Assembly: GCA_052327205.1 (NCBI GenBank) | Contig: CM126202.1 | Location: 376,464,001 to 376,528,000, forward strand | Source of the DNA: Somniosus microcephalus | Lineage: Eukaryota | Direction: 5' to 3' | Length of the DNA: 64,000 nucleotides | In this document: positions 51,801-63,998 of the stretch, one piece after another | How the letters are laid out: the number at the start of each line of letters is the position of its first letter | Numbering within the stretch: position 1 is the stretch's first letter | Position numbers and translations under genes: made by a program | The notes under the pieces: generated by a model | The model's database searches: none | Told to the model about the DNA's origin: nothing | The model's input: only the letters and a program-made list of their open reading frames with translations

Positions 51801-53297
51801 AACCGAATTTCTTTAAGCCTCAATGAGCTCATCTTATAAAGGCTGCTTCTCCTTTTGAACATTTGAGCGTCGATTTTAAGGGGTCTCTTCCTTCAACTAC
51901 TCAAAACCGATATATATTTACTGTTGTGGATGAGTTTTCAAGGTTCCCTTTTGCTTTTCCTTGCGCAGATGTATCAGCTGCTACAGTTATCAAATGTCTG
52001 ACTCAACTTTTTGTCATCTTTGGGATGCCTGCGTATATCCATTCGGATCAGGGAAGTTCTTTTATGTCTTCCCAGTTGAAGGAATACCTTCAGAGTTGGG
52101 GAATTTCTACTAGCAGAACTACCCCGTATAATCCCCAGGGTAATGGACAGTGCGAACGATACAATGGGGTGATCTGGAAGGCAGTTATGTTGGCTTTGAC
52201 ATCCCGGAACCTTAAGAATACACAGTGGGAAATGGTACTGCCTGATGCCCTGCATTCCATTAGATCATTGCTTTCAACGGCTACTAATGTGACCCCCCAT
52301 GAAAGGCTCTTTAACTATCCGCAGAGATCTACTACGGGATATTCGGTACCTTCATGGCTTACTATGCAGGGACCTGTGCTGCTTCGACGCCATGTTAGAT
52401 TGTCAAAATATGATCCATTAGTGGAGGAGGTGGAGCTGTTGGAGGCAAATTCCCAATATGCTCATATTCGATTCCAAGATGGGAAAGAAAGTACCGTTTC
52501 AATTAAAGACTTGGCTCCTTGTGGTGGCCAGCCCTCTTCTGAGGATATTAACAATAGTCATGATTCAGGTAATGTGGATGCTGTTACAGATACTACGAAT
52601 ATTTCCAATCCGACTGCAGATAATTATACTTCTATTAGTCAGCCCTCGATAGATGTTCATGACCGTCCCAGTTTACCTCCTGATGGGATTTCTAATCCGG
52701 AAACCGTTGAAAATCGGGATATGGATAGCCTTCCGGCAGAAGATACTTCTGTGTCTCCTGGTGTGGGAGGGCAAGGAATTTCACCAAGGTTAAGAAGGTC
52801 GACACGAACAAGATATCCGGTCGACCGATTGAAAATGGACTTTTAAATTGATAGTAATGTTTTAAAATTGTTGAAATATTATATTATATTGTTTTAGTTG
52901 AGAGATATTTAATACTTATGTGCAATGTTACTATTTGTTGTTGCTCACTTAGTATTGTGTCATGTTGAATAGTTTTATTTTGTCTGTGCATAGTTTTAGT
53001 TGTAAATAATTAATTATAAATTGTAAAGGTTATTTAGGTTGGAGTATATTTTAAAAGGAGGGGTGAATGTGGTGATTATTCTTTATGTTTAGTAAGAAGT
53101 ATTGTGATTGGTTGTTTGTTTCCTGCCTTGGGATATATGTTGTAATCTCATTGGTAGTTGATGTCATGTGATTTGTGGTGGCCATCTTAAATTCAGTTCT
53201 TTCCAGCCTTTAGTTGGGACTGAGTGTTGAAGATGTGCTACAGGATTTTTAAGTTAATAAAGCCTGGATTAGAAAGGCAAATCTATTCTTTATTTCA
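48891..53297 (+). mobile_element. Gypsy LTR retrotransposon D, full length, mildly decayed
   Basis: 230-bp LTRs (48891-49120, 53068-53297) with 3 differences. PPT AAAAGGAGGGGTGAA. The TSD is imperfect (CCATT/ATATT) and there is no clear tRNA PBS. Confidence 0.92.
49142..52846 (+). pseudogene. Single-frame gag-pol of Gypsy D with three in-frame stops
   Basis: MERYLQPERF..., zinc knuckles, IDTGS, YLDD, TDASD, HHCC and DDE. Stops at about 49216, 51458 and 51824, all in one frame. Confidence 0.92.
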
Positions 53298-53380
53298 ATA
53301 TTCTAAGCATGAATACATAGTTAAATTATGGCCATATTTCCCTCTATTAGCAAAAAAAAGTTTAATTCACTTAACATCTA

Positions 53381-54779
53381 GGCCTAGAAATTGAGTTGAC
53401 GCCGCGCCAGGGCTTTAGCGCCGGAAATTTAGCGCCGGCGCTAATTCCCTTGCGCGCGCCAAAAATTCAGTAGCGCCGCGCCCAGACGGCTGCCGGCGCT
53501 ACTGGCGGGCGTGAGCGCCTCCCAATGGGCGCTGAGTGCCGTATTGCGGCGCTAATCCGGCGCTGCGGCACCCGATGCGGTGCGGCAGGCTGGGGAAGTG
53601 CAGGCCTCCTCCTTCAGTTAAGGAGGAGCTGCCTGCACCCGCCCGCTGTCCGTTCAAATATTGAAAAAATGAGCCCGGCACCACGGACAAGTGCCGGGCT
53701 TGCAGGCCAGACGCATCTGTTCCACGGGGGGGGGGGTGGAGGAGTCCGGGGAGGGAGGTGCGGGCAGGCAGCCGACGGGAAAGCGGCCGGCCGCAGCGCG
53801 ACCTTAATGCGCCGGCGCAAACTCGGGGAAGACTCTGTTGCCAGAGTCTTAGGCCTAGAAATTGAGTGCCCTTAGCGCCGATTTTGCGGCGCTAGAGGGC
53901 CTAGCGCTGCATTTGGCGCCGGCGCCGAAATTGCCTGGGGCCCTTACGCCGCGGTAGACCGGTAGCGCTGCGCCGGCACCGATGACGTCATCGGTGTGCG
54001 CAGCGTCCCGGTTGCCATGACGACGGGCCCCAGCGCCGAAATTCAGTTGCGGCCGCCTCGCCCGTGGCAGCCGCAACTAAGACTCTGGCAACAGAGTCTT
54101 CCCCGAGTTTGCGCCGGCGCATTAAGGTCGCGCTGCGGCCGGCCGCTTTCCTGTCGGCTGCCTGCCCGCACCTCCCTCCCCGGACTCCTCCACCCCCCCC
54201 CCCCCGCGGAACAGATGCGTCTGGCCTGCAAGCCCGGCACTTGTCCGAGGTGCCGGGCTCATTTTTTCAATATTTGAACGGACAGCGGGCGGGTGCAGGC
54301 AGCTCCTCCTTAACTGAAGGAGGAGGCCTGCACTTCCCCAGCCTGCCGCACCGCATCGGGTGCCGCAGCGCCGGATTAGCGCCGCAATACGGCACTCAGC
54401 GCCCATTGGGAGGCGCTCACGCCCGCCAGTAGCGCCGGCAGCCGTCTGGGCGCGGCGCTACTGAATTTTTGGCGCGCGCAAGGGAATTAGCGCCGGCGCT
54501 AAATTTCCGGCGCTAAAGCCCTGGCGCGGCGTCAACTCAATTTCTAGGCCTTAGTTGCGGCTGCCACGGGCGAGGCGGCCGCAACTGAATTTCGGCGCTG
54601 GGGCCCGTCGTCATGGCAACCGGGACGCTGCGCACACCGATGACGTCATCGGTGCCGGCGCAGCGCTACCGGTCTACCGCGGCGTAAGGGCCCCAGGCAA
54701 TTTCGGCGCCGGCGCCAAATGCAGCGCTAGGCCCTCTAGCGCCGCAAAATCGGCGCTAAGGGCACTCAATTTCTAGGCC
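53381..54779 (+). mobile_element. Harbinger-type MITE, outer copy (53381-53851 plus 54554-54779)
   Basis: Perfect TIR GGCCTAGAAATTGAGT and TSD CTA. Confidence 0.93.
53852..54550 (-). mobile_element. Same MITE, inner inverted copy (699 bp)
   Basis: Perfect TIR and TSD TTA (53849-53851 / 54551-54553). It contains the intact version of the site it interrupts. Confidence 0.93.
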
Positions 54780-55004
54780 CTAGAATTTAACAAAGCCAAA
54801 TCAAAATGGCAGGTACCCATGACTTTGCGCAGATCATTTTCTGCAATACAATTTTGGTGGTGGGAATGGAAGCAAATGGCCTATCATGACACGTCAATAT
54901 TAATGCTTATTTCATATGTATCAAGCAGCTAAATTGCTACATAGCCAGCATAAATGGTCAATATTTCATTCATCCAGTTGTCAAAATGGGAAAACTTTTG
55001 AAAA

Positions 55005-57909
55005 ATGGCACAATGGGACTAACAAATCTAGAGCCCCCTGGATGTCTAGAGACATACAGGGTAGGATAAAGAAAAAAAGGGAGCGTATGACAGACACCGA
55101 GGGCTAAATACTCCAGAATCTTTAGAGGAGTACAGAAAGTGCAAGGGTGCAATTAAAAATGATATTAGGAAAGCAAAGAGAGAGCATGAAAAATTCTCGG
55201 CAAGTAAAATCAAGGAAAACCCAAAGATGTTTTATAAATATATTAAGAGTAAGAGGATAACTAAAGAAAGGGTAGGGCCTATTAGAGATCATGAGCGTAA
55301 TCTGTGTGTGGAGGCGGGAGATGTCGGTAGGGTTCTTAATGAATACTTTGCATCTGTTTTCACAAAGGAGAGGGGTGTACCAGACATTGCTATCAGGGGG
55401 GAGGAGTGTGAAATATTAAATGAAATAAACATAGTGAGAGAGGAAGTATTAAGGGGTTTAGCAGCTTTAAAAGTGAATAAATCCCCAGGCCCGGATGAAA
55501 TGTATCCCAGGCTGTTAAGTGAAGCAAAAGGTGAAATAGCAGAGGCCCTGGCCATCATTTTTCAATCCTCTCTGGCTTCAGGTGTAGTGCTGGAGGACTG
55601 GAGGACTGCTAATGTGGTACCCTTGTTTAAAAAGAGAGAAAAGGATGGACCGAGTAATTACAGGCCAGTCAGCCTAACCTCAGTGGTGGGAAAATTATTG
55701 GAAAGAATTCTGAAGGACAGGATAAATCTTCATTTAGAAAGACATGGATTAATCAAGGATAGTCAGCACAGATTTGTTAAGGGAAGGTCGTGTAGGATAG
55801 GGCATATCTATATGATTTAGTAAACATCATTAAGATTCTATAACCATTTTTGTATAACTATAATATGTGAAATGGTATGTTAAAAACCTAAAAGCCTGTA
55901 TAAAATGGCAAATGGCTGAGAGCAAAGCAGGATGAGAAATTATGCCAACCTGCCTAAAAACCTCTGTTTTAGATTATTGAAGTAATGGAATGTTGTGCTG
56001 GATCAACAGGGAGACTGGTGGAGACGAGGAATTCGGTAATTTTTTTAAGAAGGGACACGAATTAGAGAGAGAGATAGGAGTTGGAGACGTCCTTCATTGG
56101 TACAGCTATAGGATGGACAGACTGTTTAGAAAACATTTTAAGAAATGTTCTGTGAAAAGTGAACATCTAAGATAAGGGTACTTTGTTGTGCACAGAAAGA
56201 GACCTAGTGGGATTAACAAGGTCATAAGATGGATAACGAGGGAAGCAAGACTTTTACCAGGTGTCAGAGGGTTAATTACTGCCACGTAGGCAAAACGAGA
56301 GGATAAAAGGTTTAAAGATACAGGTTTTGAACATTGAAAGTAGCGCACCATGTAACCAGAGTTTGAGAAGCTTCAGTCAACAGAACACAGCAAGAACCCA
56401 GAGAAGCGAGCTGCAGTCAACAGAACACAGCAAGACACATCAAGAGACTTGCACCCCAGTCACTCGGAAGGAACGCCGGGGTTTGAACGAACAGACTGTG
56501 ACTATCTTCTTGTTAAGTATTACTTCTTTGTACTGGATGTTTAATGCTTAATAAACCTGTTTTACTGATACACAATATACCTGGACCCAGAGTGGTTTGT
56601 GTAGTCACAGACAAATTATTATAAGAGCTTTTGAAAGCTACAGTCGTGTCTGACAAACTTGATTGAATTTTTTGAGGAGGTAACAAGGAGGGTAGATGAG
56701 GGTAGTGCATTTGATGTAGTGTATATGGACTTTAGCAAGGCTATTGATAAGGTTCCACGTGGCAGACTGGTCACGAAGTTAAAAGCCCATGGGATCCAGG
56801 GCAATGTGTCAAGTTGGATTCAAAACTGGCTCGGAGACAGGAAGCAGAAGGTAATGGCTGATGGGTGTTTTTGTGACTGGAAGGCTGTTTCCAGTAGGAC
56901 TCCGCAGGTCTCAGTACTAGGTCCCTTACTTTTTGTGGTATATAATAACGATCTTGACTTGAATATAGGGGGTATGATTAAGAAGTTTGCAGATGATACT
57001 AAAATCGGCTGTGTGGTTGATACTGAAGAAGGAAGCTGTAGACTGCAGGAAAATATCAATAAATTGGTCAGGTGGACAGAACAATGGCAAATGGAATTCA
57101 ATCCGGTGAAGTGTGAGTTAATGCATCTGGGGAGGGCTATCAAGGAAAGGGAATACACATTAAATGGTAGGACACTGAGTAGTGTAAAGGAACAAAGGGA
57201 CCTTGGAGTGCATGCCCACAGATCCCTGAAGGTAGCAGGCCTAGTAGATAAGGTGATTAAGAAGGCATAAGGAATGCTTGTCTTTATTAGCTGTGGCATA
57301 GAATACAAGAGCAGGGGGGTTATGCTTCAACTGTATAAAACACTAGTTAGACCTCAGCTAGAGCACTGCGTGCGGTTCTGGTCACCACATTACAGGAAAT
57401 ATGTGATTGCACTAGAGAGGGTACAGAGGAGATTTACAAGGATGTGGCCAGGAGTAGAGAATCTTAGCTATGAGGAAAGACTGGATAGGCTGGGCCTGTT
57501 TTCCTTGGAACAGAGGCGGCTGAGGGGAGACCTTATTGAGGTGTACAAAATTATGAGGGGCCTAGATAAAGTGGATAGAAAGGATCTATTTCCCTTAGCA
57601 GAGGGGTTAAGAACCAGGGGACACAGATTTAAAGTAATTGGGGGAAGTTTTAGAGGGGATTTGAGGGGAAATTTCTTGACCCAGAGGGTTATGGGGGTCT
57701 GGAACTCACCGCCTGAAAGGGTGGTAGAGGCAGGAACCCTAACCACATTTAAATAGTATTTGGATGTGCACTTGGGATGCTCTAGCCTGCAGGGCTGCAG
57801 ACCAAGAGCTGGGAAGTGGGATTAGGCTGGATAGCTCTTTGTTGGCCAGCACGGACACAATGGGCTGAAATGGCCTCATTCCGTGATGTAACTTTCTATG
57901 ATTCTAAGA
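55005..57909 (+). mobile_element. CR1 LINE, 5'-truncated, split by a solo LTR
   Basis: SPGPDEMYPRLL, NYRPVSLTS, VKGRS|CLTNLIEFF, KFADDTK, RRLRGDL and a TTCTATGATTCTA tail. Confidence 0.93.
55791..56642 (+). mobile_element. Solo LTR (852 bp)
   Basis: TGTAG...CTACA termini. TSD GTCG, confirmed by the CR1 frame. AATAAA at about 56550 and a short internal direct repeat CAGTCAACAGAACACAGCAAGA. Confidence 0.88.
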
Positions 57910-58115
57910 AATGCTTAGGAAAGCCCTTTTCACTGATTGGGGCCTAAGTGTCACAAGTGAACATTTTTTTGGGCTGGGATGGGTTAGTGCAGCTCATAAA
58001 TTTTCACTGGGTGCAAAGAACATGGCAGCACATCACAGACCATATGAACTCAAGGTCACTCTACTAAGAGTATCTGAGATGAGATCTGCAAGAAGTTCAT
58101 GACTGGAGAAATAGG

Positions 58116-58376
58116 GGGCGATTTTCCTAATGGAGGCGAGTTGAAGGTGGGTTTCGGTTTGGGTGGGTTCCAAACTCGCCCCCACTGAGAGGTTTGAAAA
58201 AATTGCGATTTTCTCCTAATTGGTCAGTTGATTTCAGAGGTGTGGGTTGCCCTGGGCCAATTAGCATTTTAGGACTGAAAGTTGCCTCTGTTGACATCAC
58301 TTATCCAGCTTCATTTAAGGGCTGCTTGCTGCCTTGGCTAATTCCACTGGATTTTGATCGATGGTACACCACCTCC
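58116..58376. mobile_element. Left end of a Harbinger-type MITE
   Basis: GGGGCGATTTTCC terminus and a subterminal hairpin (GGCGAGTT / AACTCGCC). The other end is not visible. Confidence 0.45.
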
Positions 58377-59065
58377 TGTCAGGGCGAGGCTGGTTCTGGA
58401 CCCAAGTGCAGAGACGAGGCTTGAGGCTGGTATAAAGTTCAAACAAAGTACTTTACTTAATAAACACAAAGATACAATTACACTTTAGAAGCTCTGACAA
58501 GCAACCACTTGGCACAAAGGCTTGTCAAGACTGAGCACAAAGAAGGGGAAAAACAGAACTAATATACTACAAATCACAGGTGAAACTAATAAGCCCAATA
58601 ACAGTCAATTAGGGATTTAACACAGGGGTAACCACTCATCACCCCGTGCGGAGGGGAGCGGGCGGGTCGGAGGACCTCCTCGTGGGCCTGCTCCTGGGCC
58701 TGGCCAAGAAAGCCATTAATTGGTCCTGGCAGCGGGCGGGCGAGGGGATCGTCCGACCGGATTGCCTCCCCCTCTTCCGTGGCCATGTTCGCGCCCGGGT
58801 GGCCCTAGAGATGGAGCACGCGGTGTCCGCCGGCACGCTCGAGCTCTTTCGTGACCGGTGGGCGCCGCGGGGACTGGAGTGCATTGTTAATCGGGACAAC
58901 CAAATTTTAATTTGATTGGTGGAGGGTTATTTAAAAGGGTAATTGGGTTGTTGTCACCTTATTTGTGAAATTGTTTCTTTTTTTGGGTCCAATGAAAAGA
59001 GAGGGGTAACCACTCATGAAGGTGCCACCTAGGGGTTACTAGGAGAACTAACCGGCACCCTGACA
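58377..59065 (-). mobile_element. Gypsy-type LTR (about 311 bp net) interrupted by a Tx1 fragment
   Basis: Terminal inverted repeat TGTCAGGG / CCCTGACA, U5-like CTGCACTTGGGTCC and a CCTAGGTGGCAC motif on the minus strand. No TSD match. Confidence 0.6.
58640..59001 (+). mobile_element. 5'-truncated Tx1-clade LINE (ORF2 C-terminus and 3' UTR)
   Basis: 16-bp TSD AGGGGTAACCACTCAT. Translation LLLGLAKKAI...VRARVALE...FRDRWAP...ILI*. Confidence 0.88.
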
Positions 59066-59916
59066 CAAGCTCAGTCTGCTCCTTGCAATCAGAGGAGCAG
59101 GTTGTGTGGCTGAGCTGCTCCTGCTGCTACTGTGGGGAGAGAGTGTGTGGTCCAAAACAACCCATCGACAGAGGTGCCTGGAGAGGAAGGAGTGGAGGAC
59201 AGAGGAGGAGGCCAGCATTAGAACAGGAGAGGCCTCTTTTCCAGCACTGCCTCCCAATTCGGCCTCCAGCCCAGGAGAGGGAGAGAGGGAGAGAGGATAC
59301 CAACAGCTCCACTTGGAAGGAGGGGAGGAGCTGCAACTCCAACATCTGCAGGTGGGTGTCTCTGTGTATTCCCCTAAAGACTTTTTGCATTCTAGGCGGG
59401 GGGAGGAAAAGAAGACGGGCCGAAAGCCTGGCCTGGGTTGGCTGGAGCCTGCCCAGGTGAAGCTGCTTCCCTCATCAAAAAGACCTGGTGTGGGCTGAAC
59501 CTGGGCTGTCTCCAGTCTGCCCAGGCGAAGACATCTTCTCCCCCTGCCCGAAGACCACCAGAAAAGACTTTGCTTTGACCATCGGGGGAGTACACCCTGC
59601 CGACACCCACCCACCGCCTATCATCGTCGAGTGGGGACCCTGCCTTTGCGGCCCCCCCCGCTCCTTCCCACCCCCCTCTCTCTCTCTCTTTGTCCTCTCT
59701 CTGCCTCTCCGATAGGCACCTCCCTTATTAATTTCCCAATTGAGCAGAGGGAAGAAAGGGCCCCCTCCCAATTCATACCATCAAGGGGAGAGGTGGCCCA
59801 GTACATTTACGCTCCCTCTGCTCAGGAAAGACCTTGTTACACCGAGGCCATTTTTAACACCTTCGGGCCTGTGACTTTTGGGGTGTGTGTAGCTCTTTTT
59901 TAAAATCCACCCCACG

Positions 59917-62075
59917 ATGGCATCTACATCTGCGGCGGCGACGGGGCCGGCGAGAACTTATGCGGCAGTGGCGGCCAAAGCTGCGGCCGCTCCCGCTTCC
60001 GCTGCTGCCCCGTCGCCGTTCCGATTGCTGACTGAAAAACTTGGGGTGAAGAGCTACACCCACCCCAACATGACTATTGAGGCGTGCGTAAAGGCTATGG
60101 CCGGGGTTGTCGGCCCTCCGGCCATAGTCGCCGCCTCAAAAATGTATGGGAAGGCTGTCTTTTTCCTGGAGTCCGAGCGGGCGGTGGCCCTGGCCATCGC
60201 TCAGGGGCTCACCGTGGGCGGGACTTTCCTGCCGGTGGACCCGCTGGAGGCCACCGCGCAGAGGGTAGTTTTATCAAACGTCCCGCCCTTTATCACCTGT
60301 GAGCTCCTCCTCCCCCACCTACACCAACTCGGGGAGGTGAGGTCGGGGATTTCCCCGATCCCGCTCGGACTCCGGGAGAGCAGCCTTCGCCATGTCTTCT
60401 CCTTCCGGCGCCAGGCCTTTATCCAGCTGGCGCGGGAGGGGGAGACGGACGGGGCTTTCACGGTCCTCCACGGGGGGACCTCGTACCGCGTCTTCTGGAC
60501 GACGGACGGCGTGCGGTGCCACGCCTGTAGGGAGGTGGGGCACGTGCGCAAAAACTGCCCCGCCTCCAAGGCCGCCAATCATCTGCCGTGGCCAAGGCTG
60601 GCGCCGCCGCCGCTCCTCTCTCCGGGTCTAGCCGCGCCCCCGCTCGATCCAACGCTACCGGGGCGCGGTCGTCGTCGGAGGTCGATGCCATCCTGGCCTC
60701 CGGCGGGGGGGTGGAGGGAGGTCCCGTCCGAAAGAAGGCGCGGGACAAGACGCGAAACCGTGGGGTGGGTCCCCCCGCGGAGGGCGTCCCCCACAACATG
60801 GAGCCCCTGACGCCGGAGAGCGTCGCCGCGCTAATCGCGGAGTGCGGAGGGGGGAGGGCCCTCGTGGCCGAGCCTGTGGCCGCGACCGCCGAGGCGGTAA
60901 TGCCAGAACCTGCGGCCGGGCTCGGGCCCGGGGGACCCCAAGAACTCGCTCCTCCTGAAGGAGCAGGGGAGGCCCCTGAAGAAATGGAGGCCTCCCTTTA
61001 CCCCTCCGCGCTTAAAAGAAGGCGCGACCCCCTGGATGAGGAGGAGGACCGGGAGGAGGAAGGTCCCTCCGGTCAGGGGGAGTCGTCGCCCGCCGCGGGC
61101 GCTGCGCCCCACCCCACCGCTAACACCATTACGGGCGAACGGCAGGGGTCGCCTGTCCCTGAGGAGGCTGAGGCAGAAGCGTCTGCCCAGCTCGTGCCTC
61201 CCGGGGATGGGGACGAGACCCTGCCCGTGGGGGGGGTCGCGGAACAACCCGCGGCGGGTATTCTTCCAGTACTGGTGGCATTGCCCCTCGACGGGTCGGG
61301 CGGCCAGGGGACCGGGTCGGGCGGGTCGTCTGAGGACGAGCCCGCCCGGAGCGACCCGGATTTTTCCCAGGTGCTGCTCGACCTCGTCGAGGTGTGTCAG
61401 AATTTTCCCCCGTCTGCTGGGTCAGAGGCCAGTGGCGTCGCTGAGGAGGGCCCTCGGTCTGTGTCTCCGGCGCCGGGCGACTTGGAGGAGGTCCGGTTTT
61501 TGTATTCTCCGGTCTCTCCGGCCTCTCCGGTCGTTCCGGCGCCTGGGGCGGAGGGGGACTCCGAACCGCCGCCGCCTGCTGGCCCGGCTCCCCTAGAGGA
61601 GCCCGGGGGGGAATCCTCCGCTACCGATCCTGGGGGTGGGATCCGGGCGGAGGCGGGGCCGGCTGTCGCGGCCAGGCCGCCCGATGCGCATTGCGTGGTG
61701 GACGGTTCGGCCGCCGGTGGCAACCCCCCGGAGGAGGACGGGGACTCGGTGGTTGGGGCGGAGGAGGACTTAGAGTCCGTCGCCGACGAGGCGATGGATG
61801 ACCTCGCGCCCCTCGCCGGGACCCCCCTCATTCTTATTCCCATCAGGGAGCTCCGGGAATTTGTGGCCACGAGCCAGGGTCGCCGCAGGACCCAGCAGGC
61901 CCTCGACAGATGGTCGGGGCTGGCGCTGCTCATCGGGTCGGCCCGCGTCGCCTACAAGACCATGGGTGCGGACGCGGGCGTGAGCCCGTCCGAGCTGTGT
62001 CGGTTCCGGGCATTCCTCACCGGGCTGCTAAGGGAGTGGCGGTCGGCTAGCGGCCGCCCTCCCTTCCCCCGTTAG
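59917..62075 (+). pseudogene. Tx1 ORF1 (ZCCHC3-like N-terminus plus long acidic/Pro-rich region), one frameshift near 60580
   Basis: IVAASKMYGKAVFFL, LSNVPPFI, HVFSFRRQ and CHACREVGHVRKNC. It continues in a second frame to 62075. Confidence 0.85.
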
Positions 62076-62105
62076 GTTTAAGTAGGGGTTGGTTGTGCTT
62101 CTGAA

Positions 62106-63998
62106 ATGAAGATAACCATAGCCAGCCTCAACGTCAACGGCAGCAGGGAGGCTAGCCGCAGATTTAATAACTTTTCGGTCCTTCGGGACGGGAAGTATGC
62201 GGTGTGCTTCCTGCAAGAAACCCACACCGTTCCGGGAGACGAGGCCACGTGGCTCCTGGAGTGGCAAGGAGGGGTCAACATGAGTCACCTCTCCAATGTT
62301 TCCAGTGGGGTGGCTATCTTGTTGGCCCCGCATTTTCAGCCGGAGATCTTGGGGGTCAAGGAGCTCGTGCCGGGCCGCTTGCTCCAGGTCACTGTTCGCC
62401 TGGGGGGCGTGCCGTTCCATCTAGTGAATGTGTACGCCCCTGGGGCCGGTGCGCAGCAAGCGCGCTTCTTTGAAGAAGTGTCCACTCTTTTGGGCTCCAT
62501 CGACGCGGGCGAGTGCGTCGTCCTCGGGGGGGATTTTAATTGTACCCTCGAGGCAAGGGACCGCACGGGTACCCAGCCGAGCCCGGCGTCGGTGGGGAAG
62601 TTGAGGGACCTGGTCGGGTCCCTCGACTTGGTGGACGTCTGGCGTAGTCTCCATCCCGACTCCAGCGCCTTCACTTTTGTGAGGTCTGGGGGAGGAGCGT
62701 CCAGGATCGACCGCCTCTACATTTCCCGGGCATACGTCTCCTGCGTTCCGACGGCTTCCGTGCGGCCGGTGCCGTGCACGGACCACCACCTGGTGTGGGC
62801 GGAGCTCGTGCCGCCGCGCGCCGGGGGGCGGTCCGCGTACTGGCACTTTAACAACCTGCTGCTGGAGGACGCGCGGTTCCGGGATTCGTTCGGTCGGTTC
62901 TGGGCCGGCTGGAGAAGGAAGCAGGGGGGCTTCCCCTCCTTGAGGCTATGGTGGGATGTGGGCAAGGCTCACATCCGTCTCTTCTGTCAGGAGTACGCGA
63001 AGGGGTCGACCAAGAGGCGGGAGGCCAGGGTCGGGCAGTTGGAGAAGGAGGTGCTCGACCTGGAGTCCCGTCTCGGTCAAGTCGCCGAGGACCCGGCCCT
63101 GCGGCTGGCGTACGAAGAGAAGAGGGGCGCGCTGAAGGACCTGCAGCTCGTCGGGTCCCGAGGCGCGTACGTGAGGTCGCGGATCCAGTTCCTGCGGGAC
63201 CTGGACCGCGGCTCCCCCTTCTTCTACTCGCTGGAAAAAAGACGGGGGGTCCGTAAGCAGCTTTTGGAGCTGCTGGCCGACGACGGATCTCCGGTCTCGG
63301 ATCCGGAGGGAATCCGCGCGGAGACCCGCGCCTATTACGGGGCTCTGTTCTCTCCGGATCCGTCCAGCGAGGACGCGCGCGGAGTTTTGTGGGAGGACCT
63401 GCCGAAGGTCGGCCTGGAGGGCGCCGAAAAATTGGACGCTCCTCTGAGTTTGGAGGAGCTGTCCGGCGCCCTCCGCCAGCTCTCTAGGGGGAAGTCCCCG
63501 GGGCTGGACGGGCTGACCGTGGAGTTCCACAGGGCGTTCTGGGGCGTCCTGGGGGGCGACTACGTGCGGGTCCTGGGGGAATGTTTGGCGACCGGGGAGA
63601 TGCCCCTCTCGTGGCGCAGGGCGGTGATCGTCCTGCTGCCTAAGAGGGGTGATCTCCGCCTCCTTAAGAACTGGCGCCCGGTCTCCCTCCTCAGCACGGA
63701 TTATAAAATCTTTGCCAGGGCCATGTCTGTTCGCCTTGGCACCGTGCTGGCCCGCATGATCCATCCCGACCAGTCCTACACGGTCCCGGGCCGGACCATT
63801 CACGATAATATCCATCTGGTCCGGGACCTGGTCCACCATTCCCAGAGGGCTGGTCTGTCGGTCGCCTTCCTTTCCCTGGATCAGGAGAAGGCGTTCGACA
63901 GGGTGGATCACGAGTATCTTTTCGGGACTCTGCGCGCTTTCGGGTTCGGGACGCATTTTGTCGCCCGGATCCGACTTCTGTACGCTGCCGCGGAGTGT
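62106..63998 (+). CDS. Tx1 ORF2: APE endonuclease plus reverse transcriptase (partial, open to the window end)
   Basis: MKITIASLNVNG, LQETH, NVYAP, GGDFN, SRIDR, TDHH, KSPGLDG, KNWRPVSLL and DQEKAFDRV. No stop seen. Confidence 0.93.
   Translation, partial: MKITIASLNVNGSREASRRFNNFSVLRDGKYAVCFLQETHTVPGDEATWLLEWQGGVNMSHLSNVSSGVAILLAPHFQPEILGVKELVPGRLLQVTVRLGGVPFHLVNVYAPGAGAQQARFFEEVSTLLGSIDAGECVVLGGDFNCTLEARDRTGTQPSPASVGKLRDLVGSLDLVDVWRSLHPDSSAFTFVRSGGGASRIDRLYISRAYVSCVPTASVRPVPCTDHHLVWAELVPPRAGGRSAYWHFNNLLLEDARFRDSFGRFWAGWRRKQGGFPSLRLWWDVGKAHIRLFCQEYAKGSTKRREARVGQLEKEVLDLESRLGQVAEDPALRLAYEEKRGALKDLQLVGSRGAYVRSRIQFLRDLDRGSPFFYSLEKRRGVRKQLLELLADDGSPVSDPEGIRAETRAYYGALFSPDPSSEDARGVLWEDLPKVGLEGAEKLDAPLSLEELSGALRQLSRGKSPGLDGLTVEFHRAFWGVLGGDYVRVLGECLATGEMPLSWRRAVIVLLPKRGDLRLLKNWRPVSLLSTDYKIFARAMSVRLGTVLARMIHPDQSYTVPGRTIHDNIHLVRDLVHHSQRAGLSVAFLSLDQEKAFDRVDHEYLFGTLRAFGFGTHFVARIRLLYAAAEC

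Noticed and set aside
53499-54776. Mirror-image ORF pairs (73, 94/116 and 63/122 aa)
   Set aside because: By-products of the inverted nested GC-rich MITE.
62946-63956. 336-aa minus-strand ORF and other overlapping ORFs in 60000-64000
   Set aside because: Shadow frames of the GC-rich Tx1 ORF1/ORF2, with no recognisable motifs.
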